Shown piece by piece: positions 15,580 to 34,038 of a stretch of DNA of 64,000 nucleotides. The translations under genes were made by a program, and so were the position numbers. The notes under the pieces were generated by a model. It did not search any database. It was not told where the DNA came from and saw only the letters and a list, made by a program, of their open reading frames with translations. This DNA comes from the human T2T-CHM13v2.0 reference genome, Homo sapiens: NCBI RefSeq assembly GCF_009914755.1, contig NC_060929.1; one strand, given 5' to 3'. Numbering within the stretch: the first letter of the stretch is position 1; each line of letters opens with the position of its first letter.

Positions 15580-15663
15580 GTAAAAAAGCTCGCACATTTG
15601 ACTTGGAAGCAATGTTTGAACAAACTCGAAGAACAGCTGTGGAAAGAAGTTGCAAAACACTGG
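15580..15663 (+). pseudogene. WDR70: WDR70-derived exon 3 (GKKARTFDLEAMFEQTRRTAVERSCKTL, phase 1)
   Basis: ttttag acceptor, TGG|GTAAG donor; 84 nt. Reads ERSC where I recall ERSR in WDR70. No exon 4 recognised downstream. Confidence 0.9.
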
Positions 15664-15941
15664 GTAAGAAGTTCAGATATTTGTCGTTTTATTGGTTTAA
15701 GTACTATGTATACCTCATGTAAGTATATTAAAAAAGAGAAAAGAATGTTGGCTGGGCGCCGTGGCTCACGCCTGTAATCCCAGCACTTAGGGAGGCCAAG
15801 GCAGGCAGATCACCTGAGGTCAGAAGTTTGAGACCAGCCTGGCCAACATGGTGAAACCCCATCTCAACTAAAAATACAATAATTAGTTGGGCATGGTACA
15901 GGGGCCTGTAATCCCAGCTAGTCGTGCGGCTGAGGCAGTAG

Positions 15942-16259
<318 letters not shown>

Positions 16260-16660
16260 TAGTAGAGATGGGGTTTCACTGTGTTGGCCAGGCTGGTTTT
16301 GAACTCCTGACCTTGTGATCTGCCTACCTTGGCCTCCCAAAGTGCTGGGATTACAAACGTGAACCACCGTGCCCTGCTTTTTGTTTTTTGGGTTTTTTTT
16401 TTTTTTTTTTTTGAGATGGAGTCTCGCTTTATTGCTGGGCTGGAGTGCAGGGGTGCGATCTTAGCTCACTGCAACTTCTACCTCCCCGATTCAAGCAATT
16501 TTCCTGCCTCAGCCCCCCAAGTAGCTGGGACAACAGGTGTATGCCACCACGCCCAGCTAATTTTTGTATTTTTAGTAGAGATGGGGTTTCACCATGTTGG
16601 CCAGGATGGTCTTGATCTCTTGATCTTGTGATCTGCCTGCCTCCTAAAGTGCTGGGATTA

Positions 16661-17048
<388 letters not shown>

Positions 17049-17261
17049 TTAAAATAAAATAAGATAAAATAAAATATAAAGTATAAAACAAAATAACTGA
17101 AATAAAAAATAAAATGTTGTACAGCAGCAATATCCAGTATTTGGCAGTGTACCTGACAAAAAATATTTTCAGTCTTTGGAAGAAAACTTTTTTGTGGTGA
17201 ATAGAAAGCCATCTACATGTACTATTTTTTGAAAAAACCCTTCATTATTTGTTTTATTTGA

Positions 17262-17369
<108 letters not shown>

Positions 17370-17534
17370 TAGCTGGGATTACAGGTGACCACCACCACGC
17401 CTGGCTAAATTTTTTGTATTTTTAGTGGAGACGGGGTTTCGCCATGTTGGCCAGGCTGGTTTCGAACTTGTGACCTCAGGTGATCCGCCTGCCTCGGCCT
17501 CCCAAAGTGCTAGGATTACAGGTGTGAACCAGTA

Positions 17535-18668
<1,134 letters not shown>

Positions 18669-19644
18669 TGAGTAGCTGGGACTATAGGCACCGGGCACCA
18701 TGCCTGGCTAATTTTTTTTTTTTTTTTTGTATTTTTAGTAGAGACAGGGTTTCACCCTGTTAGCCAGGATGGTCTCGATCTCCTGCCCTCATGATCCGCC
18801 CCCCTCAGCCTCCCAAAGTGCTGGGATTACAGGAGTGAGCCACCGCACCTGGCCAAATATATTTCATATTATACCACAGTATCATCACATCAAGAAACAA
18901 TTTTAATATCCTCAAACAGTAGACAAAGACATGCTATCTGAGGCATTTACAAATGTTTTAAACAATTTAGTGAATGTTTGTACTATCACAGTATAGGTAC
19001 CTTGTATTTACCATTTTAAGCATATAATACAACATGTTTTGAACAAGGATTGTCTTATTTGGCTATGTCGGCTTTTTGTTGTTATTTACTTATTTATTTT
19101 TTTGAGTTGCCCAGGCTGGAGGGCAATGGTGCAATCTAGGCTCACTGCAACCTCTGCCTCCTGGTTCAAGCAATTCTCCTGCCTCAGCCTCCCCAGTAGC
19201 TGGGATTATAGGTATGTGCCACCATCACCTGACTAACTTTTGTATTTTTTGTAGAGACAGGGTTTCACCATGTTGGCCAGGCTGATCTCAAACTCTTGAA
19301 GTCAAGTGATCCGCCTGCCTCAACCTCCCAAAGTGAAGCTTTTTATTTTTAATTTTTTTATTTTCAATTTTTGTGGGTACATAGTAGATGTATATATTTG
19401 TGGGTATGTAAGTTTTATAGCCCCTAGTACTTTACTTTGTAAAATAGGTTCTCAGTAATATTTTGAGAATATTAAATTGAATTTAGACCTGTAATACTGT
19501 CTTGTTAAAAAATGAAATCTTGCTGCTTTGGAGAATGTTTTAAAATGGCACAATCTGGGCTGGGCACGGTGGCTCACGCCTGTAATCCCAGCACTTTGGG
19601 AGCCTGAGGTTGGTGGGTCACCTGAGATCAGGAGTTTGAGATCA

Positions 19645-19996
<352 letters not shown>

Positions 19997-20917
19997 CTAC
20001 CTTGGACGTTTCTTGAAGAGATTAAGATTTTGGGTGTAGTAGCTTATAAACAGCAAAGTACTTTATAAATATTATTTTAAATTCTTGCAATTTTTCTTAG
20101 TAAAGCATGTATACATTTTACCTAAGAGGAACTTAGGGAGTTATTAAATTTTTAAATTATTGAAAAATTGTCTCAAGACTATGATCTCCTTTGATTTTTG
20201 TGGACAAATTATTGAACTTTCTTGATTTACTATTACATCTTTGGACTGCAGTTTCTACCTCTGATCTAAACACATGAATCTAAATTGATTATCTCTTTGA
20301 AAGATCTACTTAGCTTTAGCATGTAAATAGAAAATAACATTGGAATAATTTATGGAAGTAGTATTCATCATTATATGGGAAGTTACTCATAAGAGATTTT
20401 TTTTTTTTTTTAGTGTTCTTCCAGACTTGGCAATTAGATTACATTTAGACTGTGGAATTAAAAGTGATTCCCTGTGAGCTCTCCTAGCAAATTATGAAAT
20501 TGAAGAGAGAGAGAACGGGTTGCGGGAACCCTAGTTTCCTACCGTGAGACAGTTTGACTTACTTTTCTTTAAAAGTTGAAAATTCTCATATGGGCATTAT
20601 TTATCTCATGCTTGGTATTGGAGTCTTTCCCTGGGTATTCATAGTACACTTGAGGAAACTAAGACTTTGACCCTTTTAATAGCAAGTTTGTCTGTATGTG
20701 GGGGTATGAGCTGTCTTGGTTGCTAAGTGCACTAGTGGAAAGGATGAATTACTATAAAACCCCGATAAAATATGTGCTGTGAAGGGTCTGGAAATGATAA
20801 TGGTACAAATTTTTTTTAATGTTTTTTATGTTCTTGAAAGCTATAAGTATGTGTAGGACATATGAAATACAGATTTTTTTTCTCTTTCTTGAGACAGAGT
20901 CTCTCTCTGTCGCCTAG

Positions 20918-21049
<132 letters not shown>

Positions 21050-21143
21050 TAGTAGAGACGGGGTTTCACCATGCTGGCCAGGCCGGTCTCGAACTCCTGA
21101 CCTCGTGATCTGCCTGCCGCAGCCTCCCAAAGTGTTGGGATTA

Positions 21144-21942
<799 letters not shown>

Positions 21943-22390
21943 CCAGAACTCCTCTTCCCCAAGGTGGGTCATAGTAACTAAGAACCGCTCTTTCCCAAAG
22001 CCAATCATAAAATCCAGAACTAGTACTCGAACTTTCCCCAGCCTTTCTGTGTAAGCGCTGGCCATAAAGAAAGTCTCTGACCTACCTTATCTGACTGTGG
22101 GTCATAAGACCCTCATTCCGGAGGGGTTCTGCCCTATACCCTGGAGGAAGAAATGCAGCACGGAGAGGCCAGGAAGAATCTGGCTGGACAGGCCTTTCTG
22201 GGTGTCCCCCTCAGTCTATGACATCAGGTCATTCCCTTTTTGTCCGATACCTTTTTACATGCCTGTCCATTCTTCACTGAACCTGAGCATAAAAATAGAC
22301 AGTTTTCCCTGGGTCTTTGGGTCTTCTTGTCCAAAGGCTCCTGTGTCACATAAAACTTGGATTAAATAAATCTGTTACTTTTTTCTCTTC
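21943..22390 (+). mobile_element. ERV1-class LTR fragment (MER39/MER34-like)
   Basis: LTR-like motifs gtcataagaccctcattcc, cataaaaatagac, attaaataaatctg; family uncertain. Confidence 0.55.
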
Positions 22391-22739
22391 CAAAAAAAAA
22401 AAAAAAAAAAGAAAAACTAAGGGAAAAAGAGGGAGGACTGGCATGGTGTGGTGGCTCACATTTGTAAATCTTGAGGCAGGAGGATTGCTTGAGCCCAGGA
22501 GTTCAAGACCAGCCTGGGCAACATAGTGAGACCCCGTGTCTATTAAAAAAAATAATAGTAAAAAAGAGGGAAATGGCAGCTGAGTAGGCAGCCTCAATAT
22601 CTTTTCCTGATTAGTAATATAATTGACTGTAAGACCTGAGGGAGAAGATGAGCCTAGAGTACAAATGCTGCTGCCACCCCCCGAGGTCTGGAGGAATTGG
22701 CTGAAAAAACAGGGTGAACTAGGAGCTAAGCAGGCCCAT

Positions 22740-22775
<36 letters not shown>

Positions 22776-22971
22776 TTCCGGGTTCAAGCGATTCTCCTGC
22801 CTCAGTGTCCTGAGTAGCTGGGACTACAGGTGCACACCGCCACACCTGGCTAATTTTTTGTATTTTAGTAGAGACAGGGTTTCACCATATTGCCCAGGCT
22901 GCTCTCGAACTCCTGAGCTCATGCAAGCCACCCGCCTCGGCCTCTCAAAGTGCAAGGATTACAGGTGTTAA

Positions 22972-23286
<315 letters not shown>

Positions 23287-24480
23287 TAAGCCACCATGCC
23301 TGGCCTTGAAACCATCTTTCAAAATGTGGTCTTTTTGCAGTACAGCTGGAATGTCTCTGCCTTTCCCACCATGCACCTTTGTAAAGGGGCGGCTTCTGTC
23401 TCGCTGGTGTAACAGATTTCTTCCCTGTGTTCCCTTTCTCTTCTGTCAATGAATCATGGGTGGCTGTCAGCTGGGGACCGCTCTCAGTGTCTCATGCACT
23501 GAATGCAACATGGACACAAACTTACGATAGGGCCAGGTGGGGGACAGCAAGAGGTGAGCACCGGAAATTGCATGAGGTAGGAGTCACTGGCTGGTAGTGG
23601 GTGAGGGACACGTGGTAGGGACAGTTCAGCAGCTGGATCAGGGTGGAAATCCAAATCCTGACAGCTGAGAAGTGGCACAGACCTGCTTCTGTGGGGACAA
23701 GTGTCCACTGGCCCTGGCCAACTGGCCTCCAGGGGGCATTGTTGGAACATGCGATCATCCCAAAGCATTTCAGCTTGAAGAAGATCTAGGACACAGTTTG
23801 TTGTTACCACCTCAGAGCATTTAGATGGGATGTGATGGATGGAATTGAAGTTAAAAACCCATTCACCATTTCTAGGTAGTACAGTAGGCTCCTAATTTAC
23901 AGAAATGCTTGTGAAATTGGGAATCATGATAAAATCCTCATACCTCCTCCTCTTTTAACCAAATCTTTCTAAAATGCACAATTATAATTTCTTATCTTTA
24001 GGAAAAAGTAATTATGTTATATGTGTTATATACACTATGTAAATATAGTTCATTAAATCATTCTTTGGCGTTTGAAGACTTTCTAATTCATTACTTCATT
24101 CCAGACATCAATGACAACAGCACATACCGAGCAGGTACACATATGAGCTACCTACTAATATGCCCTGATTTTGATTGTATTTTGTGAAAACCTTGGTATG
24201 GGTTATTTTTAAATGAATGTTTTCCCAAATTTTAAGCTGAAACTAGGATGCGTCAAAATTATCTTGGTCATAATCTTGTCAATGATGTCGTCTAAAGGCC
24301 ACCAGGAACACACCTGTAGCCCAGCAAAGTTGAGGCCATCAACTGGCTCATCACAACAAGGAAGGCTGTGCACCACTGGGACCCAGCAGCAGCTCAGCAG
24401 CAGCAGTGAAAGGGCCTTGGGAAAGACTCGGAGGGTTTGGCTTATACAAGGTGATCTTAGGGAGGGTCAAGGAAACAGGC

Positions 24481-25033
24481 TGTGATGGTTAATATTGAGT
24501 GTCAACTTGATTGGATTGAAGGATGCAAAGGATTGTTACTGGGTGTATATGTGAGAGTGTGGCCAAAGGAGATTAACATTTTAATCAGTGGACTGGGAGA
24601 GGCACACCCACCCTCAATCTGGGTGGGCATCATCTAATCAGCTGCCACAGCAGCTAAAATAAAGCAGGCAGAAGTTGGAATGAGCAGACTTGCTGAGTGT
24701 TCCAGCCTTCATCTTTCTCCCATGCTGGATGCTTCCTGCCCTCGAATGTCAGACTCCAAGTTCTTCAGCTTTTTTTTTTTTTGGACTCTTGGACTTACAC
24801 CATTGGTTTGCCAGGGGCTCCCAGGCCTCTAGCCGCAGACTGAAGGCTGCACTGTGAGCCTCCCTACCTTTGAAGTTTGGGACTCAGACTGGCTTCTTGG
24901 CTCCTCAGCTTGCAGTCGGCCTATTGTGAGACTTCCCCTTGTGATCATGTGAGCCAATTCTCCTGATAAACTCACCTTCATATATACATCTATCCTATTA
25001 GTTCTGTCCGTTTAGAGAACCCTGACTGATACA
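24481..25033 (+). mobile_element. MLT2A-type (HERV-L) solo LTR
   Basis: TGTGATGGTTAATATTGAGTGTCAACTTGATTGG...CCCTGACTGATACA, flanked by a perfect 5-bp TSD CAGGC. Confidence 0.9.
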
Positions 25034-25782
25034 CAGGCCATGCTCAGATGGAGTGCTGTCTGGAAATGGGAGTAATTCTGTGGTTGAATGTCTTAATTGT
25101 CCTGGAAGGTGGGAGAAATGGAATGAGGCTGGTGCTACAATTGATGTAAAAGCAGCAGCTGCTCACATAAGCCGGGGTGGGGGCTGCCTAGGCGTATTTG
25201 TGGTATTGACCACGTTCTTGTTTTTGTTTGTGACCAGGCCAGATTACAGAGGGGTATTGATTTGCCTTGCCCCCGCCCCCACCATCACAGTGTGTCCCTG
25301 TCCAGTGTTGGTGCTGTGTGGCATTGGCTTGTGTCCATAGGAGTCCATCAAGGCAGAGCGGCAGAGCGGCAAGGCAGGTCAGCTTCCAGCTCTTCCAGGC
25401 TGCATGTCCCACTCAATATCCTGTAAGTTCTGATCTGGCAGATACTGAATACTCAAGGGTTCACATTCTCTTAGCCTAGAGGTGGCTGCAATAATGAAAG
25501 GCATTTGGCTGATGTGTTTTCAAAGGAGAGGGAAGCTGTCTGTGTTTGTTACCTGCGGCTGCATAACAAATGACCACAGCCTAGTGACTCGAAACATCAC
25601 ACACCAGTTACCTCCGCTCTCAGTAGGTCAGAAGTTCAGGCATAGACCAGCTGTGGCCTCCACTCTGAGTCTCAGCAGGCTACAATCAGGGCTCAATCAG
25701 GGCTGTGGTCCTGTCAGAGGCTCTCTCAGGTTGTTGGTGGTTGTAGGACTGAAGTTCCTGTTTTTGGGGGGTAGTCAGCTGG

Positions 25783-26144
25783 TGTATTAGTCTATTTTCA
25801 CACTAGTGATCAAGACATACCTGAGACTGGGTACTTTATTTTAAAAAAAAAAAGAGATTTAATGGACTCACAGTTCCATGTGGCTGGGGAGGCCTCACCA
25901 TCATGGTGGAAGGCAAAAGGCCCACCTTACATGGCAGCAGGCAAGAGAGAATGAGAGCCAAGCAAAAGGGGTTTCCCCTTATAAAACCATCAGATCTCAT
26001 GAGACTTATTCACTACCATGAGAACAGTATGGGGGAAACTGCCCCCGTGAATCAATTATCTTCCACCAGTTCCCACAACATGTGGGAAATATGGGAGCTA
26101 CAATTCAAGATGAGATTTGGGTGGAGACACAGCCAAACCTATCA
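25783..26144 (-). mobile_element. THE1 solo LTR inside an older MLT1-like element
   Basis: tgtattagt...caaacctatca; flanks GCTGG/GCGGG form an imperfect TSD. Confidence 0.85.
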
Positions 26145-27063
26145 GCGGGGGACCACTCTCAGCATCCAGGGGCTGCCATGGTTCCTGCCACATGGCCTCT
26201 CACAGTCCTTCCTATAGGACGGACGGCAGCCCTTCTTACACAAGTCAGCAAGAGGGAGTCTCTCTTGCCCCCACTTGCTAAGGCAGAATCTCACATCAGA
26301 TGTAACCATCACATTTGCTGTATTCTATTATCTAGAATTATGTCACAAGCCCCTTTATGCTCAGGGGAGTGGATTATCCAAAACATAGATCACCGGGGAG
26401 GGGTGACCTTAGGGTGTGTTGGCCACATCACCTAAGAGTACATGAAACATCTCTCTCATTTCTTCCATTTCTTGAGCTTTTAAAAAATTACTAAACGAAT
26501 AAACATAGACAATTTAGGTTGCATGAATGAATACAAAGAACATATTATCATTCCTAATTATCACAATTTCTACCACAAACATGATCACTTGTAACACTTG
26601 CATGCATGTACTGGACCAGTTTTTATAAACCATCCCAGCTATGGTCTGCTGCTCAATGGGACTGATGACTCTTCAGACGTATGGTCTGGGATCAACCACA
26701 TTCTTGCAGGCCACCAAGAGGAGGCATCCATCTCCACAGAAGAGAGACGAGCTCTGGGCTCCTTCTGCACCTTCACAGTGAAGGCTCAACGGGGCACATG
26801 GATCCCTGTGTTGCCCTAGATATGACATTTTTACATTTTTGACTTTTCACCCTGTAGTGGGGGTTAAGGGCAGAGCTACAGGCATCTGGTAGGTATAGCC
26901 TAGGGACGTTGCTAAATACTCTTCCACAGGGAGGACAGTCTCTGACCACAAAGAATTGTCCAGCCTAAAACGTCAATAGTGCCAGGGTTAAGAACACTGG
27001 CTCCAACCTTGCACAAGTCTGTGAAGTTCAAGACATTGTGGAGGTTTTTCTTGTTTTGTTTTG

Positions 27064-27097
<34 letters not shown>

Positions 27098-28529
27098 TAC
27101 AAAGGTGTCCTTTTCTCTCCCCATGATACTTCACAGTTCAACCCAATGGAAATGGATTGAAAGAGTGAAAGTCACTGGTCTCAAAGAATCTACGGAATTT
27201 AGCATTTTGAAAATCACATAGCAATTTTGGGTAGGTATTCACCTGCACTAAAAAACCAGGCAAACATCCGACTCCCAGGATAAAGTGACTGAGAGCAGTA
27301 GAAGACTTGTTGAGCCTTAAGGAATAAGAGGAAAATTACGTTATGAAGTGCAGGAACAGCACAGACCCAGACGAGGGGACGCAGCCCGGAGCCAGTAACC
27401 CGGCGCCACCTCCTCCCCAGGGCGCAGCGCTGGCTGATCCCCAGATACCGTGATCACACGTCCCGGGTCCTGAGAGCGCCTCATAGGTAGACAGTTCTTT
27501 GGGACTTCTGGGATGCAGCACTTGAAGAGAGGTTTACCTAAACTTTCCTCCTGGGAGCCTGTGATCATTTGAAAGTAACAGAAGAAAGTTGTCAGGCTGA
27601 GGAAAGTTTCAACAGGCACTTGGTGAGAATGGGAAGCATCCATTCATTGTGAAATCGCGGGGACAGAGGAGGAATTCACGGGATCAGAGCACTGAGAAAC
27701 TCCAGAGGCTTCTGGTTCACCGCCCTGATTCCACAGATGTGGGTCAGAGGCAGAGATGGAAGTTGGAATGGACAAGCCTGCCCTCTCCTTGGCTCTCCAT
27801 GGCTCTGTCCTCAGGCTGTTTCTGCAATTTCACATGAGGCCTGGCCCCAGGGAAACCAGTGGGGCCTCATCTCCTCCCTGTGCTGCTCTGAGGTGGAGCC
27901 TTCTCAGGGTCAGTCCAGCTCTGGAGCCCCTCTCCAGCTCGGTCACCAAAGCTGTCTGGTCCCAGGGCGGTGCTGAGTGACAGGCATGCCAGCCAATCCA
28001 ATCGGCAATTTCATATCCAATGCATGTGACTGATAAAGAGATAACGCCCTGTCTCCAAGACACAGGCTTTACATAAACAGCTTTAATGACTTCTTCACTT
28101 AGAGACAAGACTCCTTAGTGGTGGAACCTCAGGCATCCGTGCAGGACGTAAGAAAGCTCCCGTATATACATGAACTGAGAAGTGTGTAGAAGAATAAATA
28201 CTGTAATAGGTAATAAAATGTATGTATTTTTATTTATGTGCTACTTTGTCTTTCTCCCTCTCTGTGTATATACACATACATACAAAAATGTATTCATTCT
28301 ATGGAAAACATGAAAGATGTAATATTCTTTACATATGAAATTTTAATTAATGTATTTTTTCTGATCATATGAACACCACAAATATAATTTTATAATTTTT
28401 TTACCTAACAATAACTCTTAAACATGAATATACATGGACAATATCATAGTTTTTTTTTTAATCATAATTAAAATGGTTGTGAAACATTCCACTTTAATTT
28501 ATTCCTCCTAATCCCTAGAGTGGTACGTT

Positions 28530-28749
28530 AAGTGAGGGTTTCTCAGCCTCGGTACCATGGGCAGTTTGGGTTAGCCCATCCTTTTCAGAGACACTGCCCT
28601 GGACACTGCAGGATGTGGCTTCACATTCTGGTCTCTGCCCACTGGATGCCAGAAACATCCCTTCCCCTTAGCTGTGGTAATCAACACTGTCACTAGACAT
28701 TGCCAAATGTCCCCTGGAGGACAAAATCACCCTAGGTTGAGAACCAATG
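28530..28749 (+). mobile_element. MER20 DNA transposon
   Basis: tttctcagcctcggtacc...agacattgccaaatgtcccctgg...ggttgagaacca. Confidence 0.75.
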
Positions 28750-28791
28750 GCATTTTTTTTTAAACTATCATTGTAAGACAAAGCCACCTGA

Positions 28792-28953
<162 letters not shown>

Positions 28954-31699
28954 TGAGTAGCTGAGATTACAGGCGCCCGCCACCACACCTGGCTAATTTT
29001 TTTTGTGTTTTTAGTAGAGACGGGGTTTCACCATGTTAGCCAGGATAGTCTCGATCTCCTGACCTCATGATCCGCCCACCTTGGCCTCCCAAAGTGCTGG
29101 GATTACAGGCATGAGCCACCACTCCTGGCCTCAACTTCTATCTAATTTTATTCAGAGGGAAAATTTCTAGAAGCGACATTCCTGTTGCAGAGAAGAGATA
29201 TTCACTTGAGAACCTTGATATATATTTGCCAAATTTCTGTCCAAGTATCATTTTTAAAAAGTTAAAAATATGACTTTCATAGAAACACATACAGAGCATA
29301 TGTCAAAGATGTATTTCTCTAATGCAATGAGACAGCCAGCAAGACAGTGAGGCTGCAGCAGCATGGGGACAGAGTGCAGAAAGAGGTCGCAGAAGCCTTG
29401 GAAGAAGGTCATTCAGTCATACAAGGACACCCTGATGCTTGCGCTGCGGTCCTTTCCAAGTCCACGGGGCATTGTTCCTTTGTGTCAACACCAGATAAGA
29501 TTCATGGGCATTGCTGTCAGTGTTGTGTGTGTTATAATACCAGGGACCCTCACATGGCTGTGTTAGATTCTAACCAATAGACAATAATAAGTCACAGCAA
29601 AGACCGTTACTGATTCCTTCCATTATTTCTTTAGAGACTTTGGTTTAGCGCTCTGAACTTTCTGATTATCAGATCTTATGTGTTTGCTAATATATAAAAT
29701 AACAAATTAGACATAATGCCCTATAATTTTCTCAGTTTGATTAATTGCCTGAAATTTGATGTGTCAGTCAGTGTTTGATTAGAATAGAGAAATCACATGT
29801 AATTTGAACAAGGAAAGATTAATACGAAGAATTGCTAGCTATAACAGGGTTTTGGAGCAATAAGGATTGGCTAGTAAAAAGTAAAGAGAACTCTAAGGAA
29901 TATAAGAATAACAGATAAAAGGAGCATCAACCCCTGGGGTTGAGATACAACGTCCAGGGCCTCTGGGATTAAGATCCAGACTCTGTTTGAGGGGGCATGG
30001 CTGTCGCTCACTGAATGAAGAGAAGTTGCTGTGGTAGAAATCTGTCTCATCAGAATCACTCTGCTATAATACTGCCTTGTGGAGGTACTGGTGGAAGATA
30101 CTCGGTGCTGCTGACTGCTGTGCACTTCAGGGGCCTGACAATGGAGCAAACTGCATGGGTTCTGGATCTGGACACTGGAGAAGCTGTGTTGCAGTACAGA
30201 AGCCTGCCAAGAGGAGCACACAAGACTCTTGGAAAGAAGAGGAAAATCTCCTCTTACAATGTCAATCTAACATCATGCCAGCTAGCAAAGGAAAAATGTT
30301 TAAAGGGTCCAAGTTCATTTCTGCAGAGCAGACATGAAAGGTTGAATTCGGAGCTGAGAGACAATAAGTGGACAACTGGCACATTTGGTCAAACTTGTAA
30401 TTTTATATCTTAGATGGACAAATTAAACACAAGTCCATAGGTGTTTTCCTTACAAGCTTACATTTAAATTTGGGATCCTGGTCAGAATTTTGCTGAGGAC
30501 TTCAATTTTTCCCAGTGTTTCAGGAAGGATACCGTGGGGCCAGAGCCACTTTTCTTTATTGTAAGGTCCTGGGCTGTGGCCCCTTTTGCTTTTCTGGGCT
30601 CCTTTCTCATGGGCATCTGTTTTGGGAGCTTCATTTCCTCATCTGCTTTGACACTTTAATCTTGGACATTGTAGTGAAATGCTTCACATTGTCACACATT
30701 CTAATCTCAGAGACCACTCCAAATCTTTTTGAATTTTCTTGGCCATTGGAATTAGTACTCTGGAATCAGTACATTAAGAATGGTTTTTTAAAAACTATCA
30801 GCTAGAATTTCAATATTTTAGAAGAAATGGTCAGTATAAATTTGGAGAAGCGGTTTCTAGCTAGTAGTAGCTGTGCAGAAAAACAGTTTTATTGATAAGT
30901 ATCTGATTTGGATTTAGGAACCAGCTAGGATGAAAAATTCAATTGAGGTCTGGCCAGATAGACATAAATTTTATTTTTCCTTTATATTCTGTGTCCAAAA
31001 GACAAATTGTCATGAGTTATTTATTTTCTTTTCTGAAGTATCCATTTGTTTCTCAGCTTTGGAATTAGAGGTGTAGAAAATAAACGGGACTCAACAGCCT
31101 AAGATTTTGTTTAAAAAGATGTTCTTATTTATTTATATTAAAAAAATTTATAAAATTTTTTTTGCAAGAAACTGTCAGCATTTTCATTTTTGATAGATAA
31201 ATTTTATATTTGGGATTTTGATTATTAAGTTGTTTCTCCACCAGAATTCCTTATGGATTTTTGTAATAATCTGTATTTAGTGTATTTAATTATTTGCTTT
31301 CCATTTATATTTATTTTGGGATTTCTTTTTTAGGAGAATGGCACCTGTGACAGCATACTGTTAATATTACCCTTGTATCGTACTTTACCATGCCATCTCT
31401 GAAGAATATTACAGACCATTTTGGAGCATGGTGAATAACAAATTTTTACCTTAAGAGTTCACTTGAATAGTCATTTTTATATTTGTGACTGCAAGTCACT
31501 TTTAGGGGCTGTACTTCCTTAGTACTGGTAGCATTATTATCCAATGGACTTTTATAGCTTTCATTAGGTTTTCTTTTGTTTTTGTTCTTTAAAGAACATT
31601 TTACTTATCTTAGTATTTCATTTTTCATCCATATTATGAGGCAGTAAGAGTCTTCTGTTTTTCCAAAGTTGAGACTGCTTTATATTTATTTCATATTGT

Positions 31700-32210
31700 C
31701 TACAGCTGTAGTGTTCAATACATTAGCCACTAGCCACATATGGTTATATAAATACGATAAAATAAAAATTAGCCAGGCGTGGTGGCTCACGCTTGTAATC
31801 CCAGCACTTTGGGAGGCCGAGGCGGGCAGATCATGAGGTCAGGAGATCGAGACCATCCTTACTAAGACGGTGAGATCTCATCTCTATTAAAAATACAAAA
31901 AATTAGCCAGGCGTGGTGGCGGGCGCCTGCAGTCCCAGCTACTCAGGAGGCTGAGGCAGGAGAATGGCGTGAACCTGGGAGGCAGAGTTTGCAGTGAGCC
32001 GAGATGGAGCCACTGCACTCCAGCCTGGGGGACAGAGCGAGACTCCATCTCAAAAAAAAAAAAAAAAAAAAAAAATTAAAAATTAAGTTCTTTAGTTGCA
32101 CTAGCCATATTTCAAATACTTGATGGATACATGTGACTAGTGGCTAACATAAGGGATAGCACAGATATAAAACATTTCCTCGACATATAAAGTTCTATTG
32201 GATAGTGCTG
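31700..32210 (-). mobile_element. MER3/MER33-like hAT element interrupted by an AluY (31771-32075, +)
   Basis: agccactagccacat...ctagtggcta...aaagttctattggatagtgctg on either side of the Alu. Confidence 0.65.
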
Positions 32211-32237
32211 GTCTGTAGCTTATAGGATGGTATCTTA

Positions 32238-32709
<472 letters not shown>

Positions 32710-32877
32710 TCAGTATCCTCACATGGTAGGGAGAAAAGCAGCTCTAGTGTCTCTTCTTATAAAGGAAGTAATGCCACCATAGGGGCTCTATTCTCATGAC
32801 CTCATCTAAACGTAATTCTCTCCTAAAGGCCACGCCTCCCAGTATCCTCACCTTGGGGGTTAGGGCTTTATCATATG

Positions 32878-32912
<35 letters not shown>

Positions 32913-33744
32913 AGACAGAGTCTCGCTCTGTCTGTCACCCAGGCTGGAGTGCAGTGGCACAATCTCGGCTCTCTACAAGCTCCGCCTCCTGGGTTCACGC
33001 CATTCTCCTGCGTCAGCCTCCTCAGTAGCTGGGACTAAGGCGCCCGCCACTGCGCCCGGCTAATTTTTTTGTATTTTTAGTAGAGACGGGGTTTTACCAT
33101 GTTAGCCAGGATGATCTCGATCTCCTGACCTCGTGATCCACCCACCTCGGCCTCCCAAAGTGCTGGGATTACAGGCATGAGCCACCGCGCCTGGCCTATC
33201 ATATGAATTTTGAGGGAACACAATCATGCAGTCTGTAGCAGATGGTAATAGGCTGATATATTACACTTGTTGATGTAAATCTGATAGGTTTCTTTCTCTC
33301 CAAGGACAGCTTTTTAAATATTTAACAGTATCAATAATTTTTCAGTTTCTGTGAGAATTTTATAATTTATAATTTGCAGACTTAATGTATAATCTATTTT
33401 GTCCTAACAATTACAAATATATTTTTTATTTCAGATTATATATATTCCTACCAGATGGAGATAATTACAGCTTTAAAAATTTTTATTTTTTCATTTTATT
33501 TCACATATTGACATTAAATTTTTATTGACACATAATAATTGTACATATATATGGGGTACAATGTGATGTTTTAATACATGTACTCAATGTGTAATGATCA
33601 AATCAGGGTAATTTGCATAATGATTTTTCTGTAGGGAGAAAATTCAAAATCTACTCTTCTGGCTATTTTCAAATATATAATATGTTATTGTTAACTATAC
33701 TCATCCTACTATGCAATAGGACACCAGAACTTATTCCTGGGTTC

Positions 33745-34038
33745 TACATCTGTTAAGCCAACCAAAGATTGGAAATATTGGGAAAAAAAATTGCGTCTGT
33801 ACTGAACATGTACAGACTTTTTTCTTGTCCTTATTCCTTACACAATATAGTACAATAACTATTTGCATGACATTTACATCGGATATTATGAGTGATCTAG
33901 AGTTGATATGAAGTATATGGGAGGATGTGCAAAGGTGATGTGCAAATACTATGTCATTTTATATCAGGGACTTGAGTATCCTTTGTTATCCTCAGGAGAT
34001 CCTGAAACTAGTCCTCCATGGATACTGAGGGCTGACTG
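33745..34038 (+). mobile_element. MER2 (Tigger family); copy at ~53223-53516
   Basis: tgtactgaacatgtacagacttttttcttgtc...ccatggatactgagggctgactg. Confidence 0.75.
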
